Translations under genes and position numbers: made by a program
Notes under the pieces: model-generated
Told to the model about the DNA's origin: nothing
Database searches by the model: none
The model's input: the letters and a program-made list of their open reading frames with translations, nothing else
Part shown: positions 34,875-46,227 of the stretch, piece after piece
How the letters are laid out: each line of letters opens with the position of its first letter
Numbering within the stretch: the stretch's first letter is position 1
Source: Syntrophorhabdaceae bacterium
GTDB taxonomy: Bacteria > Desulfobacterota > Syntrophorhabdia > Syntrophorhabdales > Syntrophorhabdaceae
Direction of reading: 5' to 3'
Length of the DNA stretch: 64,000 nt
Assembly (NCBI GenBank): GCA_963666485.2
Contig: CAXXUO010000009.1
Coordinates: 288,001-352,000, forward strand

Positions 34875-35141
34875 TTGAGGAAGAATAAGTCGGCTATCAA
34901 GAGGGCGGTACAGTCTGAAAAACGCAGGCTGAGAAATTCTCATTTCAAAACAACGATGAAAACGAAGATCAAACGGGTCATAGGCGCTATCGAAGCCAAA
35001 AGTGCCGAGACCGAAGCGGTGTTCAGAGATGCCGTCGCCTCCATAGACAAGGCTTCTTCAAAGGGAGTCATCCATCCGAACAACGCAGCCCGGAAGATCT
35101 CCCGCCTCGCCAGGAAACTCCACAAAAGCCAGCAGGCCTGA
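34875..35141 (+). CDS. rpsT: 30S ribosomal protein S20
   Basis: KSAIKRA..RRLRN..IDKASSKGVIHPNNAARKISRL; TTG start after AGGAGG. Confidence 0.96.
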   Translation: MRKNKSAIKRAVQSEKRRLRNSHFKTTMKTKIKRVIGAIEAKSAETEAVFRDAVASIDKASSKGVIHPNNAARKISRLARKLHKSQQA

Positions 35142-35163
35142 TCAATCCAATTTTAGATCGCAA

Positions 35164-35199
35164 AATAAGCCAGGGCATCTCCGCCCTGGCTTATTATTT
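35164..35199 (+). terminator. Intrinsic terminator after rpsT, probably bidirectional
   Basis: AATAAGCCAGGGC-ATCTCC-GCCCTGGCTTATT-ATTTT. Confidence 0.8.
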
Positions 35200-35283
35200 T
35201 AACGTTCTGCTCCATTTTGCGTCTGAAGATCTTTGTGGCATTCTTTTCAGCCAAATGCGTGAAAAACCCAAAATTACCACAGG

Positions 35284-35407
35284 CCGTCATTCCGGCTTGC
35301 CGGAATCCGGTGTCTTTTTTCTTTTGTTTGGAAAGATATAATAAAAACAATTAGTTGAAAAAGGCTAAAGACACTGGATTCCGCCGCAAAAGCCGGCGGA
35401 ATGACGG
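35284..35407. repeat. REP-doublet-like element (GTCATTCC...GGAATGAC family)
   Basis: Left CCGTCATTCCGGCTTGCCGGAATCCGGTGTCTTT; right AAAGACACTGGATTCCGCCG...CGGCGGAATGACGG; AT-rich spacer. Confidence 0.75.
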
Positions 35408-35456
35408 ACTGAATTAGCATGTAGTCTTGAAAGTACCCTGTGTTGCAGAACAGGTT

Positions 35457-35972
35457 TTAGTACTCAAGCAAGAGCTGGGCACTGAAGCGCCTTGCCATAC
35501 GTGCCGACATGCGCCTGATGGCCTCGCGCCGGTTGTATTCCTCGGCGCCGCTCTGGATCTTGTAGTACTCGTAGTCAGAAAGGGTAAAATTTTTCACTAG
35601 TTTCCCGTTTCTTTGATACAGCGAAACGACCATCACAACGGCTACCGTCTTCTCAATGACCGTGCCATCGGTAGCCAGTGCGTTCGGTGCCGTTGTTACA
35701 GTCTGGATGTTACCCTTGATATAGGCATCCGCATTCGCCTGGTTGATGGTAAAAAGTCCCGACCCCAGGAGTTCTTTCGCAAAAGAATCCGTCACAGGCT
35801 GGGCTATGCTGGATTCAAACGTTGAATTAGTGAATATAGATACGTAGATCGACGAGATCTCGCCCCCGTAGATACCTTTTCCCCCGATAACCTGGTACCC
35901 GCATGCCCCCGCCATGAGAACGAAGACCAAGATACAACACATCGCTACTTTTTTCGCACTGCTTTTTTTCAT
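35457..35972 (-). CDS. lptE: LPS assembly lipoprotein LptE
   Basis: Lipobox AGACGYQ, SIYVSIFTNSTFE; directly downstream of leuS. Confidence 0.8.
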   Translation of the reverse strand: MKKSSAKKVAMCCILVFVLMAGACGYQVIGGKGIYGGEISSIYVSIFTNSTFESSIAQPVTDSFAKELLGSGLFTINQANADAYIKGNIQTVTTAPNALATDGTVIEKTVAVVMVVSLYQRNGKLVKNFTLSDYEYYKIQSGAEEYNRREAIRRMSARMARRFSAQLLLEY

Positions 35973-36006
35973 AAAGTTTCCCACCGGGCGTCTCTTCCCG
36001 TTCCCG

Positions 36007-38481
36007 TCATCCGCACACGATATTAACGAGCTTGTTCGGAATGACGATCGTCTTCCTGACCGTTTTTCCCTCGATATGCCTTTGCACCTTTTCGAGAGCA
36101 AAGACGATCTCCTTGATGGCGTCTTCCGAAAGGTCCCTGTCCGCTTCGAACGTATCACGGAGCTTGCCGTTTATTTGAACAGGGATCATGATCTTCTCTT
36201 CCTTGACGAGCTCGCTGTCCCAGGCCGGCCAGGACCTGCCGATCGATGCAGCATCACCGCCCAGAGTTTGCCACAATTCGCATGTTATATGGGGCACGAA
36301 CGGGTAAAGAAGCTTGAGAACGGTTTCCACAGAGCCTTTAAAAAGCGCCTGTGCCCTGGCGTTCAGGTTGCCTTTTTCGATGAACTTATACGTCAGGTTC
36401 ACGAGCTCCATCACGCCGGCGATCGCCGTGTTCAGGTGAAACCGTTCCAGATCTTCACTGACCTTCATTATCGTTTTGTGTATCTTGTGAATAAGGGCCT
36501 TTTCGTCGGCCGAAGCATCCGAAAATTTATCCGCCGATGTAACGCCTTTCAGCGCATCCTTGTGTTCATCTACCAGCCTCCAGACCCTCTGCAGGAATCG
36601 GTAGCTGCCCTCAACGCCCTGGTCACTCCAGTCAAGGTCCCTCTCAGGGGGCGATGCGAAGAGGCAGAACAGCCGGGCTGTATCTGCTCCATACCTTTCG
36701 ATGAGATAATTGGGATCGACGACATTGCCCTTGGACTTGGACATCTTTGCGCCGTCCTTGATGACCATTCCCTGGGTCAGCAGGTTCTTGAAAGGCTCCC
36801 GGACATCGACAAGGCCGAGTTCGCTCAAGACCCTGTTGAAGAACCGGGAATACAAAAGGTGGAGCACGGCATGCTCGATGCCACCTATGTACTGGTCCAC
36901 GGGCATCCAGTAATCGACCCGTTTTTTGTCGAGGGGCCCGTTAAAATCGGGGCATGTATATCTCAGGAAATACCACGACGATTCGACGAACGTGTCCATC
37001 GTGTCCGTCTCCCGCCGCGCCTTGCCTTTGCACGCGGGGCATTCCACCTCGTAAAATGCGGGGTAGTCGGCAAGAGGCGACCGGCCGACCATCTTTATCT
37101 CGAGGTCTGTCGGGAGCACCACGGGCAGGTCGGCCTCGGGCACGGGGACTGTGCCGCATTTTTCGCAGTAGATGATGGGGATAGGTGCCCCCCAGTACCT
37201 CTGGCGGGAGATGCCCCAGTCTTTCAGACGGAAATTGACCGTTCTCGTTCCCAGGCCTTTCTCTTCGAGGTAATCAATGATCGCGTTTATTGCCTGGCGG
37301 TTGTTCATCCCGTTGAATTGGGCCGAATTGACGAGCACGCCGTCATCCACGAAGGCGCAGTCCATGGTCGCCGGGTCGAGCATCCTGTCTTTCGGCATGA
37401 TGGTCACGATGACCGGGATGTTATATTCCCGGGCAAATTCGTAGTCCCTCTGATCGTGGGCCGGGACCGCCATGATGGCGCCCGTCCCGTATTCCATGAG
37501 CACGAAATTGCCGACGTAGATCGGGATCTTTGTGCCGTTAAGCGGGTTGATGGCGTATTTCCCGGTAAAGACACCCTCTTTCTCGAGGCTGATCTCTCCG
37601 CGAAAGCTTCTGTCCTGCGACTTTACCTTCTGGACAAAATCACCGACCGCCTTTTCCTGGTCCGTTCCGCGCGAAAGTTCGAGCGTAAGCGGATGCTCGG
37701 GCGCAAGCACCATGAAGGTTACGCCATAGAGGGTATCCGGCCGTGTTGTAAATATCGTGAACGGCGAGCCGTCCTCGAGCGTAAAATGAACTTCCACGCC
37801 GTAGCTCTTGCCGATCCAGTTCTTCTGCATGCTGGTGACCTTCTCCGGCCAGCCCGGCAGTTTGTCGCAGTATTCGTACAGTTCGTCCGCATACCTGGTG
37901 ATAGCGAAAAACCACTGCGTGAGCTCCTTCTGGACGACCTCTTCGCCGCACCGCCAGCAATTCCCGCCTTCTACCTGCTCATTCGCGAGGACGGTCTGGC
38001 ATTTCGGGCAGAAATTGACAGGGGAACTCTTGCGGTACACAAGCCCCTTCTCGTACATTTTCAGGAACATCCACTGTTCCCACCGGTAATAATCGACGCT
38101 GCACGTCGCGATCTCGCGCCGCCAGTCATACCCGAAACCGAGTCTCTTTAACTGATCACGCATGTAATCAATATTTTTGTAGGTCCATGCAGCGGGCTGT
38201 ATCCCTCTTTCAATGGCCGCGTTTTCCGCAGGCATACCGAATGCGTCCCATCCCATCGGGTGAAGGACATTCAGGCCCTGCATCCTTTTGTACCGGGATA
38301 TGACATCGCCAATCGAGTAGTTGCGCACGTGCCCCATATGGATATTCCCCGATGGATAGGGGAACATCTCGAGCAGGTAGAACTTCCGCTTTGCGGGGTC
38401 CTCGTCGACATCGAATGCCCTGTTGTCTTCCCAGAATTTTTGCCATTTCTCTTCTATCGCGTGCGGTTCGTAGGGATTCAT
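36007..38481 (-). CDS. leuS: Leucine--tRNA ligase
   Basis: [39 protein letters not shown]. Confidence 0.98.
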   Translation of the reverse strand: MNPYEPHAIEEKWQKFWEDNRAFDVDEDPAKRKFYLLEMFPYPSGNIHMGHVRNYSIGDVISRYKRMQGLNVLHPMGWDAFGMPAENAAIERGIQPAAWTYKNIDYMRDQLKRLGFGYDWRREIATCSVDYYRWEQWMFLKMYEKGLVYRKSSPVNFCPKCQTVLANEQVEGGNCWRCGEEVVQKELTQWFFAITRYADELYEYCDKLPGWPEKVTSMQKNWIGKSYGVEVHFTLEDGSPFTIFTTRPDTLYGVTFMVLAPEHPLTLELSRGTDQEKAVGDFVQKVKSQDRSFRGEISLEKEGVFTGKYAINPLNGTKIPIYVGNFVLMEYGTGAIMAVPAHDQRDYEFAREYNIPVIVTIMPKDRMLDPATMDCAFVDDGVLVNSAQFNGMNNRQAINAIIDYLEEKGLGTRTVNFRLKDWGISRQRYWGAPIPIIYCEKCGTVPVPEADLPVVLPTDLEIKMVGRSPLADYPAFYEVECPACKGKARRETDTMDTFVESSWYFLRYTCPDFNGPLDKKRVDYWMPVDQYIGGIEHAVLHLLYSRFFNRVLSELGLVDVREPFKNLLTQGMVIKDGAKMSKSKGNVVDPNYLIERYGADTARLFCLFASPPERDLDWSDQGVEGSYRFLQRVWRLVDEHKDALKGVTSADKFSDASADEKALIHKIHKTIMKVSEDLERFHLNTAIAGVMELVNLTYKFIEKGNLNARAQALFKGSVETVLKLLYPFVPHITCELWQTLGGDAASIGRSWPAWDSELVKEEKIMIPVQINGKLRDTFEADRDLSEDAIKEIVFALEKVQRHIEGKTVRKTIVIPNKLVNIVCG

Positions 38482-38517
38482 CGTAAACGCTCTCCGAATG
38501 TTGTTCGTGTGCCCGGT

Positions 38518-39717
38518 CTATTTCTCCTGCATGGCGCGTATGCGCAGCCGCAGTGCATTGCAGCGTATAAAGCCGCCGGCATCCTTCTGGTCATACACGG
38601 TGTCCGTATCGAATGTCGCAAATTCCTTCATATAGAGCGAATTGGCAGATTTCCGCCCGGCCACGCTGCAGGTGCCCTTGTACAGTTTCATCCGTGCCGT
38701 GCCGTTGACAACAGACTGTATCTCGTCGGTCAGTGCCATCATTGCCTTCATCTCGGGTGAATACCAGAAACCGTAGTAAATGAGTTCCGCGATCTTCGGG
38801 ATAAGGCCGTCGCGGATATGCATGACCTCGCGGTCAAGCGTCAGGGTCTCGACCGCGCGATGGGCCGCGTGAAGGATGGTGCAGCCCGGGGTCTCATAGA
38901 CGCCGCGCGATTTCATCCCGACGAAACGGTTCTCGACGATATCGACCCGTCCTATACCATTCTTCCCGCCGATCTTGTTGAGGTGATCGACAATGCCGAA
39001 CGCCGACATCTTTTCCCCGTCAACCGCTACGGGTACGCCTTTCTCGAACGTGATCTCGATGTACGTCGGTTTGTCCGGGGCCTTCTCCGGCGATACTGTC
39101 GTCAGGAACATGTCTTCGTTCGGCTCCGACCACGGGTCTTCCAGGACCCCGCCTTCGTAGCTGATATGCATGAGGTTGCGGTCCATGCTGTAGGGTTTCT
39201 TCTTCGTGACCGGCACCTCTATGTCGTGCTTCTTTGCATAATCTATGAGATCGTCGCGCGACGTGAACTCCCATTCCCGCCACGGCGCTATGATCTTCAC
39301 GTTCGGCTCCATCGCGTAGAACGTGAGCTCGAACCGGACCTGGTCGTTGCCTTTGCCCGTCGCGCCATGACACACCGCATCGGCATTCTCCTCGCGCAAT
39401 ATCTCGATCTGCCTCTTCGCTATGAGGGGCCGGGCGATGGATGTGCCCATGAGATAATTCCCTTCGTATATCGCGTTCGACTTGATCGCAAAAAATATAA
39501 AATCCCGCGCAAACTCCTCGCGCAGGTCTTCGATGTACACCTTCGATGCGCCTGTCTTTATCGCTTTCTCCTTCAGCCCGACCAGTTCTTCTTCCTGGCC
39601 GACGTCGGCAGCATACGCGATGACCTCGCAGTCATAGACATCCTTGAGCCACTTGACAATGATCGATGTGTCGAGCCCGCCTGAATAAGCAAGGACCACT
39701 TTCTTAACTTTTTTCAT
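38518..39717 (-). CDS. argG: Argininosuccinate synthase
   Basis: [36 protein letters not shown] 39717 after GGAGG. Confidence 0.97.
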   Translation of the reverse strand: MKKVKKVVLAYSGGLDTSIIVKWLKDVYDCEVIAYAADVGQEEELVGLKEKAIKTGASKVYIEDLREEFARDFIFFAIKSNAIYEGNYLMGTSIARPLIAKRQIEILREENADAVCHGATGKGNDQVRFELTFYAMEPNVKIIAPWREWEFTSRDDLIDYAKKHDIEVPVTKKKPYSMDRNLMHISYEGGVLEDPWSEPNEDMFLTTVSPEKAPDKPTYIEITFEKGVPVAVDGEKMSAFGIVDHLNKIGGKNGIGRVDIVENRFVGMKSRGVYETPGCTILHAAHRAVETLTLDREVMHIRDGLIPKIAELIYYGFWYSPEMKAMMALTDEIQSVVNGTARMKLYKGTCSVAGRKSANSLYMKEFATFDTDTVYDQKDAGGFIRCNALRLRIRAMQEK

Positions 39718-39731
39718 CCTGACCTCCATTT

Positions 39732-40661
39732 TTATTCGGCGAGAGTCGTCGCCTGGCCCTTGAGAAGCCACTCAAGAAGCGCCTTCTGCACGTGCAATCT
39801 GTTCTCCGCCTGCGTGAATATCACATCACTGAACCGCTCGAACACCTCGCCGGTTATCTCCTGCCCCCTGTATGCGGGGAGGCAGTGCATGACGATAGCG
39901 TCCCGGTGTGCATGCTTCAGCAATCTATCATCTATTTTGTACCCTTTAAATGCTTTTTTTCGTGCCGCCTTTTCTTTTTCCTGGCCCATGCTGACCCATA
40001 CGTCCGTGTATATCACGTCAGCACCGCGCACAGCCTCTTTCGGATCGTCGGTGAGCACAAAACCAGGGTTCTTCGATGCCGCGGCAACAAGCTCCCTGTC
40101 CGGCTCATACCCTTTCGGCGCGGCGATAGCGAAGGGCATTTTCAGCAGTATCGCCGCTTCGATCCACGAGTTCGCTACGTTGTTCCCGTCGCCGATGTAT
40201 GCGACCTTCACCTTCGAGGGGTCTCCTTTGTACTCCTTGATTGTAAAAAGATCGGACAGTATCTGGCACGGGTGCAGCTGGTCAGACAGGCCGTTTATGA
40301 CCGGTATCGTCGCCCATTTGGCGAGATCGTCGACTATGCCCTGGGAAAAGGTGCGGACCATGATCCCGTGAACATACCGGCTCATGACCCGTGCCGTATC
40401 CTGTATGGGCTCACCCCGGCCTATCTGGGTCTCCGTGGGGCTTAAGAAAACGGCGTGCCCGCCGAGCTCCTGCATCCCGGCCTCAAATGAAATGCGTGTC
40501 CGCGTCGATGCTTTCTCGAATATCATCGCGAGGTTCTTGCCCTTGAGCGTCTCATGCGCTTTGCCCTTGCGGCGCAGTTCTTTGAGCTGCTTCGCCCTTT
40601 TCAGGAGATGGTCGTACTCCTTTTTTGTAATGTCCAGTAGTTTGGTAAAGTCCCTTTTCAC
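39732..40661 (-). CDS. argF: Ornithine carbamoyltransferase
   Basis: STRTR, HPCQ, DVWVSMG, HCLP. Confidence 0.97.
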   Translation of the reverse strand: MKRDFTKLLDITKKEYDHLLKRAKQLKELRRKGKAHETLKGKNLAMIFEKASTRTRISFEAGMQELGGHAVFLSPTETQIGRGEPIQDTARVMSRYVHGIMVRTFSQGIVDDLAKWATIPVINGLSDQLHPCQILSDLFTIKEYKGDPSKVKVAYIGDGNNVANSWIEAAILLKMPFAIAAPKGYEPDRELVAAASKNPGFVLTDDPKEAVRGADVIYTDVWVSMGQEKEKAARKKAFKGYKIDDRLLKHAHRDAIVMHCLPAYRGQEITGEVFERFSDVIFTQAENRLHVQKALLEWLLKGQATTLAE

Positions 40662-41851
40662 ACTTTTTTCCTTTCGAATATCTGGTCCGCTATCTCGAGG
40701 AATATGTCGATCTCCTCTTTCTTCACGATGAGCGGCGGGACAAGGCGCAGGGTTGTCCCTTTCGTGCAGTTCAGGATGATCCCTTCAGCAAGAAATTCGC
40801 GTGCAACGGCGTCGCCATCGAGGGTAAGCTCGATGCCCCTGATCAGGCCGATCCCCCGTATTTCAGTGACAAAGGGGAATTTTTTCTGGATCGCGAGGAG
40901 TCCCTGGTAGAGATATTCACCGGATTCAACGGCATTCTTGAGTATCTTGTCGTCAATGATCGTGTTGAGGGTGGCAAGCACGGCGGCCGAGGCGAGCGGA
41001 TTTCCGCCGAATGTCGAGGCGTGCGTGCCCGGCACGAACGCAGACATTATCTCGTCGGTCGCAACGATGGCCCCCACCGGGAAACCATTTCCGAGCGCCT
41101 TCGCGAGGCTCATGATGTCGGGTTCGATCCCGAAATGCTCATATGCGAAAAACTTCCCCGTCCTTCCGATGCCCGTCTGGACCTCGTCGAGGATGAGGAG
41201 TATATCTTTCTCTTTTGTAAACGTGCGAAGCTGCCGGACATATTCCGTGTCTGCGACATAAACACCGCCCTCGGCCTGGATGAGTTCGAGCATGACGGCG
41301 CATGTCTTCTCGCTGACCGCATTTTTCAGTGCGTCGATATCATTGAACGGGACATGGGTGAAACCCTGTGTCAGGGGTTCGAAGCCCACCCCGAACTTCT
41401 TCTGGCCCGTTGCGGCAAGAGTGTTCACCGTCCTGCCGTGAAACGAGTTCTCCATGGTGATGATCTCGTGCCTGCCTTCGCCGTACTTGTTCCAGGAGTA
41501 CCTCCGGGCGAGCTTGATAGCCGCTTCGTTCGCCTCCGCGCCGCTGTTGCAGAAAAAGACCTTGTCACCGAACGAGTTTTCGACAAGCATCTGGGCCGCC
41601 TTGATCTGCGGCTCCATGTAGAACAGGTTCGACACATGGAACAATTTCTTCGCCTGGGCGGTCAGCCCCTCGACGACCTTTTCATGGGCGTGGCCCAGGT
41701 TGCATACGGCTATGCCCGCAAGGAAATCGAGGTACCGCCGGCCGTTGACATCCCAGAGCCAGCATCCTTCCCCCCGCGAGATCGCCATCGGGAACCGCGT
41801 GTATGTGTTCGCAATATACTGCGTTGCCTTCTTTATCAGGTCTTCCTGCAT
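40658..41851 (-). CDS. argD: Acetylornithine aminotransferase
   Basis: NSGAEANEAA, FHGRT, DEVQTG, AKALGNG, STFGGNP. Confidence 0.95.
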   Translation of the reverse strand: MQEDLIKKATQYIANTYTRFPMAISRGEGCWLWDVNGRRYLDFLAGIAVCNLGHAHEKVVEGLTAQAKKLFHVSNLFYMEPQIKAAQMLVENSFGDKVFFCNSGAEANEAAIKLARRYSWNKYGEGRHEIITMENSFHGRTVNTLAATGQKKFGVGFEPLTQGFTHVPFNDIDALKNAVSEKTCAVMLELIQAEGGVYVADTEYVRQLRTFTKEKDILLILDEVQTGIGRTGKFFAYEHFGIEPDIMSLAKALGNGFPVGAIVATDEIMSAFVPGTHASTFGGNPLASAAVLATLNTIIDDKILKNAVESGEYLYQGLLAIQKKFPFVTEIRGIGLIRGIELTLDGDAVAREFLAEGIILNCTKGTTLRLVPPLIVKKEEIDIFLEIADQIFERKKV

Positions 41852-41854
41852 TTC

Positions 41855-42694
41855 TTAATCTCCTATTATCTCTGTGCCGATCCCGGAATCCGTGAAAACT
41901 TCGAGCAAGATCGCGTGGGGCACCCTGCCATCGACGACGTGGGCTTCCCTCACGCCTGCCTTTAGTGCGTCGGTACAGCATGTCACCTTCGGGATCATCC
42001 CGCCCGTCACTGTAGAATTCTCGATGAGCTTCTCGATCTCGGAGCGCTTGAGCATCGAGATCAGTTTACCGTCCTTGTCCATGACGCCTTCGACGTCAGT
42101 CAACAGAATGAATTTTTCCGCCGAAAGCGCCGCGGCGATGCTCCCGGCCGCCGTATCGGCGTTTATGTTGTACGCCTTGCCGTCCACGCCGTCGGCGATT
42201 GGCGCAATGACGGGAATGTAACCGTGCCGCGAGATATCCTTGATAATGGCGACATCGACCGAGACGATCTCGCCGACAAGGCCAATATCCTTCCCGGCAA
42301 CCTGCTTCGCCATGAGGAGCCTGCCGTCCTTGCCGGACAGCCCGATCGCCTTTCCGCCCATGTCGTTTATATTCTTCACGATCTCCTTGTTCACGCTCCC
42401 GGAGAGAACCATTTCGGCCACCTCGAGGGTCTTCTCATCGGTGACGCGCAGGCCGTCGACGAACCGCGTCGGTATCTGAAGGTCCTTGAGCAGTTTGCCG
42501 ATCATCGGCCCGCCCCCGTGAACGATCACGGGGTTGATGCCCACGTACTTCAAAAGCGCGACGTCCTTGGCAAATTCCTTTTTCAGGGACGCCTCCTCCA
42601 TTGCAGCACCGCCGTACTTTATGACAAAGATAGAGCCGGCAAACTTGCTGATATAAGGAAGGGCTTCCAGCAGCGTCTTTATTTTCTCGCTCAT
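41855..42694 (-). CDS. argB: Acetylglutamate kinase
   Basis: LEALPYI, KYGG, VHGGGP, GLRVTD, NINAD, GGMIPK. Confidence 0.97.
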   Translation of the reverse strand: MSEKIKTLLEALPYISKFAGSIFVIKYGGAAMEEASLKKEFAKDVALLKYVGINPVIVHGGGPMIGKLLKDLQIPTRFVDGLRVTDEKTLEVAEMVLSGSVNKEIVKNINDMGGKAIGLSGKDGRLLMAKQVAGKDIGLVGEIVSVDVAIIKDISRHGYIPVIAPIADGVDGKAYNINADTAAGSIAAALSAEKFILLTDVEGVMDKDGKLISMLKRSEIEKLIENSTVTGGMIPKVTCCTDALKAGVREAHVVDGRVPHAILLEVFTDSGIGTEIIGD

Positions 42695-42718
42695 TACAAA
42701 CACCCCGGTATACGTAAT

Positions 42719-44049
<1,331 letters not shown>

Positions 44050-44050
<1 letters not shown>

Positions 44051-44574
44051 CAAAGTTCCTCTATGTTGATCCTGTCGTTGGTATAGATGCATATCTCGGA
44101 CGCGATGGCCATTGCCTCCCGCACAATCTCACCGGCCGACAGTGACGTGTGTTTGACAAGGGCCTTTGCCGCGGCCTGTGCGTAGGGGCCGCCTGAGCCT
44201 ATCGCGGCGATGCCGTCGTCCGGCTCTATGACGTCCCCGTTGCCGGACAGGATCAGTGTGTGGTCCATGTCTGCCACGATAAGGAGCGCCTCGAGCTTTC
44301 TTAAGAGCCTGTCGGTCCTCCAGTCCTTCGCGAGCTCGACCGACGCGCGCATGATATTGCCATTGTACTGTTCAAGTTTTTTTTCGAAACGCTCAAAAAG
44401 CGTGAATGCGTCGGCCGTCGCCCCCGCGAAACCGGCAAGGCACTTGTCCTGGTAGAGCCTCCGGACCTTCTTCGCCGTGTGTTTCATGACGGTTGCATTC
44501 AGTGTGACCTGGCCATCCCCTCCAATAGCAATTCCCCCATTGTGCCTGACGCACAAAACAGTTGTGGCTTCCAT
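44050..44574 (-). CDS. hslV: ATP-dependent protease peptidase subunit HslV
   Basis: ATTV N-terminal Thr, [30 protein letters not shown] 44574. Confidence 0.97.
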
Positions 44575-44578
44575 TTTT

Positions 44579-45466
44579 TTACCTTCTTGGATGGGATTTG
44601 TCGTATATCTCCATGAGTTTGTCCATGGAGACGTGGGTATACCGTTGGGTTGTGGATAGCTTGGAATGGCCCAGCAATTCCTGAATGCCCCGAAGGTCTG
44701 CGCCGTTGTCCAGCATGTGGGTGGCAAAAGAATGTCTGATCCCGTGCAGGGCAAGGTTTTTGAAGAGCTGTGCCTTTATCTGATGTTTTTTCATAATGCC
44801 GAGGAGGCCCCGGTATGTAAGCCTCTCTCCACGAAAATTAATGAAAAGCGCCTTGTTCGCATTAAATTTTTCGTTCTTGCCGGCGAGCGCCAGGTACGCC
44901 TCGAGCGCCTCTTTCGCCTTCTCGCCGAAAGGAACGATCCTTTCTTTCCCGCCCTTGCCCATGACCCGGGCCCACATGCCATCGAGATGAACGTCTTCCC
45001 GGTCGAGCGAAAGGACCTCGGCCGCCCGCATCCCCGAGGAATACATCAGTTCAAAGATCGCGAGGTTCCTGACGTTGAGCCATCCATCCTTCGGCAGGAA
45101 ATCGAGGAAATGGAACATCTCGTCGATGGTATAGAATTTGGGCAGGTGCTTCTCTATCCTGGGGCTCCTGATAATAAGGGCCGTATTTTCATCGATGTAG
45201 CCCTTTTTCTTCATGAATCTGAAAAAAACCTTGATTGCGGACACCTTCCGTGCCAAGGACGATTTTTTCAGGTCCTTGTACACTTCGACAATATAGGCAC
45301 GTATCGTGTTATGGTCGACAACCTCCGTCTTGCTTTCCTCGATAAACCTGACGAAGTCCTCGATATCGCTGCGATACGCGCGCATCGTATTGTGGGCAGC
45401 GCCTTTCTCGTTGTCGAGATACTTGTAGAACTCCTTCGCGACAACCTTCACGGTCTGCTTATCCAT
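44579..45466 (-). CDS. xerC: Tyrosine recombinase XerC
   Basis: [38 protein letters not shown]; upstream of hslVU. Confidence 0.9.
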   Translation of the reverse strand: MDKQTVKVVAKEFYKYLDNEKGAAHNTMRAYRSDIEDFVRFIEESKTEVVDHNTIRAYIVEVYKDLKKSSLARKVSAIKVFFRFMKKKGYIDENTALIIRSPRIEKHLPKFYTIDEMFHFLDFLPKDGWLNVRNLAIFELMYSSGMRAAEVLSLDREDVHLDGMWARVMGKGGKERIVPFGEKAKEALEAYLALAGKNEKFNANKALFINFRGERLTYRGLLGIMKKHQIKAQLFKNLALHGIRHSFATHMLDNGADLRGIQELLGHSKLSTTQRYTHVSMDKLMEIYDKSHPRR

Positions 45467-45559
45467 AGACCCTTATTGTATAATTTTCGGGGAAATAATC
45501 AAGGAAATTCCCCTGTTGTCATCATTCAGGCGCGCCGCGGCGGGAAGCATAGCGAATGC

Positions 45560-45608
45560 TCGACACTATTGTCGACGGGCTGCACGGGCCCTTCGACAAT
45601 TCTTGCCC
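45560..45608 (+). promoter_or_regulatory. Candidate upstream activator sites for a sigma54 enhancer-binding protein
   Basis: Palindrome TCGACA-CTAT-TGTCGA (45560-45575) and a second TCGACA half-site 33 bp later. Confidence 0.5.
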
Positions 45609-45684
45609 AGCACCCCTATTTAATGCTGGCCATTTATTTCTCTAAGCCCAAGATATTACAAAATTTTGGAAAAATGATCGATTT

Positions 45685-45700
45685 TGGCACGTTTGTTGCT
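45685..45700 (+). promoter_or_regulatory. Sigma54 (-24/-12) promoter
   Basis: TGGCACG-TTTG-TTGCT; GG (45686) and GC (45698) at exact consensus spacing. Confidence 0.75.
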
Positions 45701-45710
45701 TGATATACAG

Positions 45711-45809
45711 AGGTGTCCGATATATAAACATATGCATATCCGAGGCTATTCATGCCTCACGAGGGTTCTGGGGTTACCCCTTCCTCCCCTGAACCCTCCC
45801 CCTTTTTTT
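45711..45809 (+). ncRNA. Putative sigma54-dependent small RNA, about 100 nt
   Basis: Lies between the sigma54 promoter and a hairpin plus T7 tract; two stem-loops; C-rich CCCCTTCCTCCCC segment; no credible CDS. Confidence 0.55.
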
Positions 45810-45842
45810 CAACCATAATAGTGGCTAAACGTACCCCATCTT

Positions 45843-45968
45843 CGTCATCCCGCCGAAGGCCGGGATCCAGGGTTTCAATTTTTTGTTTTTATTCTGCCTA
45901 CCTGTTGCGCAAATTCGGAATCATTCAAAAACAAAGACACTGGATCCCGGCCTTCGCCGGGATGACGG
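45843..45968. repeat. REP-doublet-like element, same family as 35284-35407
   Basis: CGTCATCCCGCCGAAGGCCGGGATCCAG ... AAAGACACTGGATCCCGGCCTTCGCCGGGATGACGG. Confidence 0.75.
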
Positions 45969-46030
45969 TGGGGCGTTAAAGATGACGGCGGGGGGAAGTC
46001 GTTTAGTTTTTTAAAGTGTTCGGGAAGATC

Positions 46031-46212
46031 TTAACCTTTGCACCTTTACAGTTCGCCTTTCGCCTTTCACTGTTCGCCTTTCGCCTTTCACTGTTCGCCG
46101 TTAGCCGTTAGCCGTTCGCCGTTAGCCGTTCGCCGTTAGCCGTTAGCCGTTAGCCGTTAGCCTTTCGCCTTTCGCCTTTAGCCTTTAGCCTTTAGCCGTT
46201 AGCCGTTAGCCG
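46031..46212 (-). repeat. Degenerate heptamer array, reverse complement of the CGGCTAA family
   Basis: 23 in-phase units at 46052-46212 (TTAGCCG, TTCGCCG, TTAGCCT, TTCGCCT, TTCACTG) plus about 3 decayed units from 46031. Confidence 0.95.
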
Positions 46213-46227
46213 TTCTTTTTTTACGTT

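Noticed and set aside
35914..38151. Long antisense ORFs (745 aa here, others opposite rpoB, rpoC, tuf, hslU and argD)
   Set aside because: Shadow frames of well-supported genes, expected from GC-rich codon bias.
44579..45466. Tyrosine recombinase as an integrase of a mobile element
   Set aside because: XerC size and motifs in the housekeeping xerC-hslVU context; no att sites or cargo.
45752..45979. 75-aa ORF downstream of the sigma54 promoter
   Set aside because: It runs through the terminator hairpin and the REP element; WIPAFAGMT is just translated REP sequence.
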